From IMG/VR virus record IMGVR_UViG_3300037185_000058, positions 1 to 31,122 of that record: 31,122 bases of DNA; one strand, written 5' to 3'. The position numbers and the translations under genes were made by a program. The notes beneath the pieces are model-generated. The model was not told the DNA's origin. It saw only the letters and a program-made list of their open reading frames with translations, and ran no database searches. Below are positions 24,908 to 31,122 of the stretch, in pieces; position 1 is the first letter of the stretch; each line of letters opens with the position of its first letter. Source of the DNA: a virus (lineage: Duplodnaviria; Caudoviricetes).

Positions 24908-25045
24908 CTACCACGCCATGCAAGGCCTGTAGGCTACATAACCACAGGTAGAAGTCGCTGGGTTGTAACTGTACCCCGCCGGGCACGTCTGCGCCCAGCA
25001 GGACATTGCGGCGACCATGGCCGCCAGAAAAACAGTCGGTTTCAT
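24908..25045 (-). CDS. Putative 45-aa secreted Cys-rich peptide (not in ORF track)
   Basis: Manual translation gives MKPTVFLAAMVAAMSCWAQTCPAGYSYNPATSTCGYVAYRPCMAW*. ATGA-coupled to the upstream stop and fills the gap. Confidence 0.55.
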   Translation of the reverse strand: MKPTVFLAAMVAAMSCWAQTCPAGYSYNPATSTCGYVAYRPCMAW

Positions 25046-25368
25046 TGACTCATCCTCGGTCTACCCCTCCTCGCTTCTCCCACACCCGCCGCTATCAGCC
25101 GGTCCAGCTCCGCGAACCGCCGCTCGCGAATCGTGATGGTCGTCCGGATCTCCGGCTGAGGCTCAAAATCCCCTTGTTCTTCGCCGCGGCGCTTAGTGCG
25201 CAATGCGGGCCGCCGGAAGGTCCCATACACCATCCCGAGTCGGCGAAACGCCTGCTCCACCGCGAACCAGGAACTTTTCAGCCGGCCATCCGGTCCGCCA
25301 TATTCACGCACAAATCGGAAAGCTTGGTAATCCGATTCCGTGATTGGCGGGATGAAGCTCGGGCTCAT
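25042..25368 (-). CDS. Hypothetical protein (108 aa, MSPSFIPP...)
   Basis: ATGA overlap at 25365-25368 and SD GGGAG. ATGA-coupled downstream too. Confidence 0.6.
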   Translation of the reverse strand: MSPSFIPPITESDYQAFRFVREYGGPDGRLKSSWFAVEQAFRRLGMVYGTFRRPALRTKRRGEEQGDFEPQPEIRTTITIRERRFAELDRLIAAGVGEARRGRPRMSQ

Positions 25369-25886
25369 CGGCTCCCGTCCACCACCAGCCGCGCGCCCGG
25401 TGCAATCACCGTCGTATGCGTCGGGCGGATCACCCAGCCGTTGTCGCTCGATATGGTGCCGGATGTGATCGTGGTATCGTAGTTGCCCGCGTTCGTGCCG
25501 CTCAGCGCGAGCGGCCCAGCCATTCCCACCGGCCCCAGCATCCACACGCCCGTGAGTGAGCTCGTTGTCCCGCCCACCGTCACCGCTCCACCATCGCTGT
25601 CGATGGTGCCCGTCCCGGCTACCGTTCCCTCGACCAGTAGCGAGCCGCCCTGAACGTCGATTGTGCCGCTGATCGTGCCGCCCTGCCAATCCACAGCAGT
25701 TCCCGCGCCCGCGATGGCGTAGCCGCCGATCTCAGTCGCGCCAATAAAAGTCGCGGTGTACCCTACGTACATTGGCTCCGACGCGTCCGCTTCGTACCGC
25801 GGAGCCGATGCAGTGAGTACCCCCCATGCGGCCAAATACAAGCAGAGCACAGCCCCGCCGATTGCCAGAGGCCTTACGGTTCGCAT
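25365..25886 (-). CDS. Signal-peptide/TM protein with Gly/Thr-rich beta-solenoid-like region (173 aa)
   Basis: Start MRTVRPLAIGGAVLCLYLAAWGVL. The upstream part of the 489-aa track ORF is shadow of the neighbouring gene. Confidence 0.62.
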   Translation of the reverse strand: MRTVRPLAIGGAVLCLYLAAWGVLTASAPRYEADASEPMYVGYTATFIGATEIGGYAIAGAGTAVDWQGGTISGTIDVQGGSLLVEGTVAGTGTIDSDGGAVTVGGTTSSLTGVWMLGPVGMAGPLALSGTNAGNYDTTITSGTISSDNGWVIRPTHTTVIAPGARLVVDGSR

Positions 25887-27016
25887 ATGTAGGTCACCGT
25901 CCCCGTCGCCGGCGTCGAGATGGAAATCCCCCCGGTCCCGCCATCCACTCCAAACGCTCCCACATTCGTGATCGTGATACCGGTGCTCGCCACCGAATAA
26001 GTGAACAGCAGCCCGGTCGAGCTGCTCACTACACACTTCGCCGTCGAGTGCGTGGCGCTGAATGAGACCGTGCAGCCGGTGGCCGCCGCGCCTTCCACCA
26101 CGGTGCCGATATGATCCGTACCTGTGATGGATGGCGAGGTCCCGCACGAACTCGTAGCGATGGTCGCGGTACCCATCCACGAAGCGGCGCCCATCACGTC
26201 GCCGATGTTGAGCGACACCGCTCCGGTGTAACCATTGACGCTCTGCACGGTGCCGGGTGGCCCCTGAATCTCCGTCCAGTCGGCCATCGTCCCAGACGTG
26301 CCGCCGTTCTGGATGAATGTCTGGCTGAGATCCGAGCGGATAACAACATCCCCCTGCTGTACGCTGAGAGCCAGTTGAGCCGCCTCCGAAGCGACTACGT
26401 ACGTGTTGATGATCGCGAGCGCCGGCATCTGGGCGCTCGGAATCTTGCCGGCCCCGTCCAGCGTCGCCACACCCGATGCGACGCCCATCTCGGAACGCTT
26501 CACCTGCGCATCGTTGGTCACGCTCGCCAAACAACCGATTGTGAGGACGCTTCCCAGAACGCTTGTGCTGCAATTCGCGGATGGCTTGATCCTCAGCACG
26601 CTCGGAAAAGTCCCGAGGACGTTGCCGCTCCCGTCCAGCCCTTGCACCAGGAAGCTGTTGTTCTGGCAGTGCGCCGTGGAGCAGGCGATCCACGCCAGCA
26701 GCAGCAGCACCGCCCCGCGCCAGAGCCACTGGCCGATGCGCGCGGCGGCGCCGGTCGCCGATGTCGCCGAATCTACCTGCGCCGCCGGCTCCCGAATCGC
26801 GGCATCCGTCGAGAGCTCCGTCGCCGGGCGCCAACTGGGATGCGTAAGCGCCGCGAAAATCACCGCCGCTTCCCGCTCGGCTTCCTCCAAGTGCGCAAAT
26901 CCGCGATCCCCGCGCAGCACCTCGAGCGCCGCGGCCGGCACCTCCACGCTCAGCTCGTGGCCCACCAAGCGGGCGAGTTCCGGGAAGCTTTCCACCTTCA
27001 CGCGCTCACTGGGCAT
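25874..27016 (-). CDS. Fibre-like protein with internal TM/signal segment (380 aa)
   Basis: Phage fibre motifs GVATLDGAGKIPSAQMP, VVASEAAQLAL...GDVVIRSD and VQSVNGYTGAVSL. Hydrophobic WLWRGAVLLLLAWIACSTAHCQ near aa 100-118. SD TAGGGAGG. Confidence 0.7.
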   Translation of the reverse strand: MPSERVKVESFPELARLVGHELSVEVPAAALEVLRGDRGFAHLEEAEREAAVIFAALTHPSWRPATELSTDAAIREPAAQVDSATSATGAAARIGQWLWRGAVLLLLAWIACSTAHCQNNSFLVQGLDGSGNVLGTFPSVLRIKPSANCSTSVLGSVLTIGCLASVTNDAQVKRSEMGVASGVATLDGAGKIPSAQMPALAIINTYVVASEAAQLALSVQQGDVVIRSDLSQTFIQNGGTSGTMADWTEIQGPPGTVQSVNGYTGAVSLNIGDVMGAASWMGTATIATSSCGTSPSITGTDHIGTVVEGAAATGCTVSFSATHSTAKCVVSSSTGLLFTYSVASTGITITNVGAFGVDGGTGGISISTPATGTVTYICEP

Positions 27017-27329
27017 AGCCTACCGGCCTCCCTACCGCGTGCTCGTCCTGGAAAAAAGTGCTGGTAGTAGTCGGCTGAATGTACCCGACCACCTGCCCCT
27101 GCGCGAATGGCGCGCCGCGCGACTCGAAGGCGTACTCGCGCCCGAGGGCCACGCGGCGCGGCCCCACCGTCGCTCCCGACGCGGTCACTTTCCAGACGTC
27201 GTAATCGGTGGTCGGCCAGTTGGCGACGCTCGGGTTCTCGCCCACCACGATCAAGCTGGTGAAGGTCTGCGCGGTGATCGGCGTTGTCGCCGCCGGCGCC
27301 TGGGTTGCCGTGAAAGTTCCGGCGTACAT
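27006..27329 (-). CDS. Small beta-rich putative virion protein (107 aa)
   Basis: Strong SD AGAGGAGGAG. Located in the head-gene cluster. Confidence 0.7.
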   Translation of the reverse strand: MYAGTFTATQAPAATTPITAQTFTSLIVVGENPSVANWPTTDYDVWKVTASGATVGPRRVALGREYAFESRGAPFAQGQVVGYIQPTTTSTFFQDEHAVGRPVGYAQ

Positions 27330-27342
27330 TGGGTCTCCTCCT

Positions 27343-27762
27343 CTACGGCAAGTACTCGACGTCCACGGTGAGCGTGGCCGAGTTGTTCGCGCCCGTGATG
27401 AGCCTCACGGCAAAGGCAGCCGGTGGATCGATCCCCGCCGCTCCCACCAGACCGCCCGAGGCGTACAGCCCACTCGCCGGCAGCCAGGCGCCCGGATAGA
27501 AGTCGAAGAAGTAGGTGCCATTAACCGACAGTAGGCTTGCGGCGGTGAATCCAACGAGCGCGACGAGAGTTGTACCTCCGGGGACCGCGCCGCAGAGTAC
27601 GAAGGAATCGTTGCCTCCGGTCGTAGAGGCGCCGGCCACCGTCACGGTGAAACGGAGGCCCCGCACCCACGCGGCCGGCTGGAGCGCCGAGTCGTAGGTA
27701 TGCGAGGCCACCGCCGCGAAGGCCGGCAGGATATTGCGATGTGTGCCTTTGCGTTGAGCCAT
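27343..27762 (-). CDS. Small beta-sandwich putative virion protein (139 aa)
   Basis: SD AAAAGGAG. Alternating beta pattern (GLRFTVTVAG, AVRLITG, ATLTVDV). Confidence 0.72.
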   Translation of the reverse strand: MAQRKGTHRNILPAFAAVASHTYDSALQPAAWVRGLRFTVTVAGASTTGGNDSFVLCGAVPGGTTLVALVGFTAASLLSVNGTYFFDFYPGAWLPASGLYASGGLVGAAGIDPPAAFAVRLITGANNSATLTVDVEYLP

Positions 27763-27773
27763 TGGTACTCCTT

Positions 27774-28751
27774 TTACGCGAGTGTCACATTCACGCCGAG
27801 GCCGAAGGTGGCCGAGGCGGGAGTTCCGCTGACCGCCACCACGTTGGCCGTGTTCGCCGAGTTCCAGTGGCTGAAGCCCACACCCGCCGTTTTGCCGCCC
27901 GCCAGTACAACCGAACCGCCGGCTGCCGCGTCCACCACGAAAGCTGAGGTCAGGCTGGTCGATCCCGAGTTCACCGGGTTAATGAACTGGCAGTCCTCGA
28001 AGATGAGGAACCTGTCGATCGAGGCCGCCGGAATCCGCGCGAACACGTGGTTCGTCGCGTGGCTCGTGTTGCAGACAAAGAGGCAGCGGCGGAAGATATT
28101 CCGCGCCGCGCCGCCGCCCATCAGAAGCTGGGAGTTCAAGGCCGCGCCCAGGGTGATCGTGTCCACGCCAATGACGCAATCCTCGAAGAGGTTTTCCTGG
28201 CCCGAAATCCGGAGCGAGTAGGCGCCCGCGATGTCGTTCGCGCCCGCCGCGCCTCCCAGGCCCGCGATGTGGCAGTTGACGATGTGATTGCGCTCGCCGG
28301 TGACATTGAAGCAGCCGGTCGGCAGCACACTTGCTACGCCCGCGAAGAATTCCATGTTGGCAATCAGGCAGCCATTCGCCGAGAGAGTGAACAGATTGGA
28401 AGCCGTCGCATAAGTGCTGGCAAACGCCACGCGAGACCGCTGGCTCAGAGCTTGCCGCGCGTTCACGCCGACTAGGTGGACGCCGTCCTTGGCCCATGCC
28501 AGAGTGGCGCTTTGGTAATCCGTTGTCAAAGAGGCGGTGTCGCTTTCGGCAAACATATTCACCACGTCGTTCTGATTCGCCTTCGCCTGGCTCTGCGCCT
28601 GAAGAAGCGTCTTCAGAGCGCTCCGCGGACTCAATCCGTCCCGGTTATCCGAGCCGCTGTAGGCCTTCACAAACCAGGTCTTGCCCTGCGTCAGAAGCGG
28701 CGAGCCGATGAAGGCATTCGCCTGCACGATGTCAAAATTCGTCAGTCCCAT
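27774..28751 (-). CDS. Head-fibre/decoration-like protein with pectin-lyase-like beta-helix (325 aa)
   Basis: Immediately after the capsid gene. MGLTNF start, WFV...GSDNRDGLSP.SA.KT motif and repeated N.F.(N/D)C.(I/F) coils. Confidence 0.7.
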   Translation of the reverse strand: MGLTNFDIVQANAFIGSPLLTQGKTWFVKAYSGSDNRDGLSPRSALKTLLQAQSQAKANQNDVVNMFAESDTASLTTDYQSATLAWAKDGVHLVGVNARQALSQRSRVAFASTYATASNLFTLSANGCLIANMEFFAGVASVLPTGCFNVTGERNHIVNCHIAGLGGAAGANDIAGAYSLRISGQENLFEDCVIGVDTITLGAALNSQLLMGGGAARNIFRRCLFVCNTSHATNHVFARIPAASIDRFLIFEDCQFINPVNSGSTSLTSAFVVDAAAGGSVVLAGGKTAGVGFSHWNSANTANVVAVSGTPASATFGLGVNVTLA

Positions 28752-28825
28752 CTTGAATCTCCGTATCTCCGTTCATGTTGCCGCGCGATCGAGGGAGATA
28801 CCTTCGCGCGGGTGGTTTCAAAACT

Positions 28826-28853
28826 GGGGCCGTCTCCTCACGGCTACGGCCCC
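28826..28853 (-). terminator. Putative intrinsic terminator/attenuator after capsid gene
   Basis: 8-bp stem GGGGCCGT/ACGGCCCC with a 12-nt loop, followed on the - strand by AGTTTTG. Confidence 0.5.
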
Positions 28854-28876
28854 GAAGCAAATGCCAGGGAGAACGC

Positions 28877-29812
28877 TTACTGTCCGGGCGTGCCAAAGAC
28901 GCCGCGCCATCCGTAGAAGCCCACCGTCGCCCGGTAGCTCATCTGGATGTAGCCGGTCTGGTTCTTCTCGACGAAGTACGACTCCGTGTTGGGGGCCTTG
29001 CGGTCCAGCCACAGGGTTTCGGTTTCGTCCGGAGGAGCGACCAAGAACCATGCCTTCGAATTCGTCAGGTAGGCCCAAACGATGCCCTGAATCGTGGCTC
29101 CGTCTTCGTTGCCTTCCTGCACGGCGTTGATCGACACACGGTTAGCCGTATCGGGCCGCGTCTGCGACTTCAGCAGCTCGGCCTGGTTCCAGCGATTGGC
29201 CGGCGCCACGAGCAGGCGCGGAGTGGGCAACCTCTGGAGAAAGCCTTCATGCGTGAGCAGTAGCTCGTAGTTGGTAAGAGCCAGTTCGAGAGAGCCGAAG
29301 TCGAGGTCCGCTCCCACGGAGAGGATGTTGGACTGGGTCCCGCCCGCCTTGATGAGGGGATGAGACGCGCTGCACAGCGGGTACCCGTCCGACCCGTAGT
29401 AACTGCCAGTGGAGTCGAAGGCGTTGTTGTACACCGAGGCGCCTTGGATCTCGCGCGCCTGGTAGATCGAGTTCGAGAGCGCCGTCGCGCGCTTGGAGAT
29501 GACGCCGAATTTGTCGTCTTCGACGAGCTCCTGGCTGGCACCGATGGCCAGGCCGTACTTGGCCGGCTTGAAGTTCGTGTAGAATCCTTGCACCAGGCTG
29601 TCGGTCGGGATGTCTTCACCTTCGCCCACCAGTGTGGGCAACCCGACGCCCGCCATGTTCGCGTACTGCTCGATCGAGCGGTTGGTGGTACTGGAACCGA
29701 GAACCAGCTTGGCCAGGAACTTCTTAGCCTTGAAGGTCTGCCAGATCTTGGCATTCAAGGCCGGGAGCATCGTCTCGTTGAAGAAGTAGGAAAATTGACC
29801 TCTGAATTCCAT
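28877..29812 (-). CDS. Major capsid protein (HK97 fold, Mu gpT-like family), 311 aa
   Basis: Motifs EGEDI..D, KYGL...SQELVEDD, DGYPLCSASHP...GGTQSN...DL...LE.A, LLVAP, YLTNSKAWFL and R...G..GWRGVFGTPG. Confidence 0.9.
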   Translation of the reverse strand: MEFRGQFSYFFNETMLPALNAKIWQTFKAKKFLAKLVLGSSTTNRSIEQYANMAGVGLPTLVGEGEDIPTDSLVQGFYTNFKPAKYGLAIGASQELVEDDKFGVISKRATALSNSIYQAREIQGASVYNNAFDSTGSYYGSDGYPLCSASHPLIKAGGTQSNILSVGADLDFGSLELALTNYELLLTHEGFLQRLPTPRLLVAPANRWNQAELLKSQTRPDTANRVSINAVQEGNEDGATIQGIVWAYLTNSKAWFLVAPPDETETLWLDRKAPNTESYFVEKNQTGYIQMSYRATVGFYGWRGVFGTPGQ

Positions 29813-29815
29813 GGT

Positions 29816-30355
29816 TTACACCCCCGCCTTTTGGTCGGCATCGACCAGGTTGTTGAAGCTCATGTACACCTGGGCATACTGCCCGGCCGCGTTCGTCGGC
29901 GACTGGTAGATTCCGCGCATGTGCGCGTCCATGGTGTTTGTGGTGGCGATGGAGCTTTCCACCAGCGCATGCTTGCTGATCTTGGTACTCGTGTTGCCCG
30001 CACCAAAGGCCAGGTTCGCGTTGTACTGCGATTTCGCGACCGTGAAGTTGTTGCTCGATCCGTCGAGTTGCGCGACGAAGATAGCCTGCGCGGCCAGCAC
30101 GAGGATGTGGTAGGTGAGCGTGGAGAGAGCGCCATAGATCAAGTTGACGCCGAGAACCACGGCAGACCCGGCGCTGGACGCCTGGGTGATACAGCGCGAA
30201 TTGTCCACGCCGCTGGCAGCCTGGTTCACGGCGTCATTAATGAAGAGCGCCGTGCCGTTGCCTACGAGTTTGTGAGCCGGGATGCAGCTTCCGCTGCCCC
30301 CGCTGAGGGTGCGCATCGTCGGCCGGAAGCCGAAGGGCGCGTTAACGTTTGCCAT
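29816..30355 (-). CDS. Capsid-associated/decoration protein (179 aa)
   Basis: MANVNAPFGFRP N-terminus, characteristic of the gene preceding this capsid type. SD AAGGAG. Confidence 0.75.
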   Translation of the reverse strand: MANVNAPFGFRPTMRTLSGGSGSCIPAHKLVGNGTALFINDAVNQAASGVDNSRCITQASSAGSAVVLGVNLIYGALSTLTYHILVLAAQAIFVAQLDGSSNNFTVAKSQYNANLAFGAGNTSTKISKHALVESSIATTNTMDAHMRGIYQSPTNAAGQYAQVYMSFNNLVDADQKAGV

Positions 30356-30481
30356 ACACTTTCACTCCTTGAGTTGGAACTACTGCCTCACTGGAGCGAA
30401 GACTGTGGCAAGGCTGAGGTATGCCGCGCTCGTGTGCCTGTTTCCAGGACTGGATTGAGCGCGCCTGCTTCGCGTTGCTTG

Positions 30482-31108
30482 TTACCGCTGCGACTGACCG
30501 GCGAGTACCGAGTCGGGACCGTTCTCCGCTCTGTGCTGCTCGCCGATCTGCTTCAAAAGCTGATTGCCCCGCTGTTGACAGTTGCGGAGGTTCGCTTCGA
30601 CCAGTTCCGCCGGGGCGTGGCCCAAGACCATTCCTTTGACCATCACGGGATCGCCGTTGGCTTTCTTCACAATCTCGTAGTCGCCGGCGCCGCCGTCTTC
30701 CTTCATCAGCCGCTGAGAGAGAAACTTCGGCCTCATGCCCGCTACTGCGTATTTGTCCGCGACTTCCTTGAGCGGGTCGCGGGCGTCGGACATGGGGATG
30801 CCGCGACTCAGCACGTCGTTCCTGCGCTGATCCAGGGCCTTTGTGAAAGGCTCCGCCGTAACTTCGATGCCGCTGGGCTCCCGGACGTCCGGCCGCGCGT
30901 TCTTCGCCGCGATGCCCTCATCGGTTGCGCCGTAGTCGAGCGCGCACAGCACCTGCGGATCGAGGTTCATCGCCGAGATTTCCACTCCATTGATGTGGCA
31001 CTTCAGAATGCGGTCGACGCCCGTCTCTCCCAGACTGCCCTCGGTTCCGATGAACGTCTTGGACGGCCCGAAGCCGCCCGCGCTTCTGATGGTCTTCTTC
31101 GCTGGCAT
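30482..31108 (-). CDS. Hypothetical head-module protein (208 aa)
   Basis: SD GAAGGAG. C-terminal YEIV...V.VKGMVL...P.E pattern as seen in genes upstream of such capsid pairs. Confidence 0.7.
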   Translation of the reverse strand: MPAKKTIRSAGGFGPSKTFIGTEGSLGETGVDRILKCHINGVEISAMNLDPQVLCALDYGATDEGIAAKNARPDVREPSGIEVTAEPFTKALDQRRNDVLSRGIPMSDARDPLKEVADKYAVAGMRPKFLSQRLMKEDGGAGDYEIVKKANGDPVMVKGMVLGHAPAELVEANLRNCQQRGNQLLKQIGEQHRAENGPDSVLAGQSQR

Positions 31109-31122
31109 CTACCGTCTCCTTC

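Larger units (their letters stand above)
1..31122. mobile_element. Tailed phage/prophage segment (podovirus-like morphogenesis module plus end of replication module)
   Basis: The - strand gene order is capsid, adaptors, nozzle, tail fibres, GNAT, ejection proteins. Genes are tightly coupled (ATGA/TAATG/GTGA overlaps). No host housekeeping genes are seen. Confidence 0.93.

Overview
This is a high-GC window of a tailed dsDNA phage or prophage, probably podovirus-like because it has ejection-type proteins and no tape measure, sheath or tube genes. Bases 1-2965 (+) are the end of an early/replication operon. It holds a pentapeptide-repeat protein, a putative replication initiator with an internal palindrome and iteron-like repeats, and three small Cys-rich proteins. 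Bases 2981-31108 (-) are a long morphogenesis operon. In order it encodes a capsid-associated protein, a gpT-like major capsid protein, a beta-helix head-fibre protein, several signal-peptide proteins, three paralogous adaptors, a nozzle, tail and tailspike proteins, a GNAT, two ejection proteins and a 2352-aa polyvalent protein. The most interesting signals are three. (i) The polyvalent gene is modular, with FNASR-delimited cassettes (one flanked by a perfect 33-bp direct repeat) and two SD-equipped small genes nested in its +1 frame, each directly after an enzyme-like domain. (ii) Three small antisense genes sit in the late operon, each with a -10-like hexamer 6-8 nt before its start codon. 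(iii) One ~120-aa domain is triplicated at the nozzle locus. No terminase, portal, integrase, lysis genes, RNA genes or CRISPR array were recognised. All family calls come from motif recognition by eye, not database searches.
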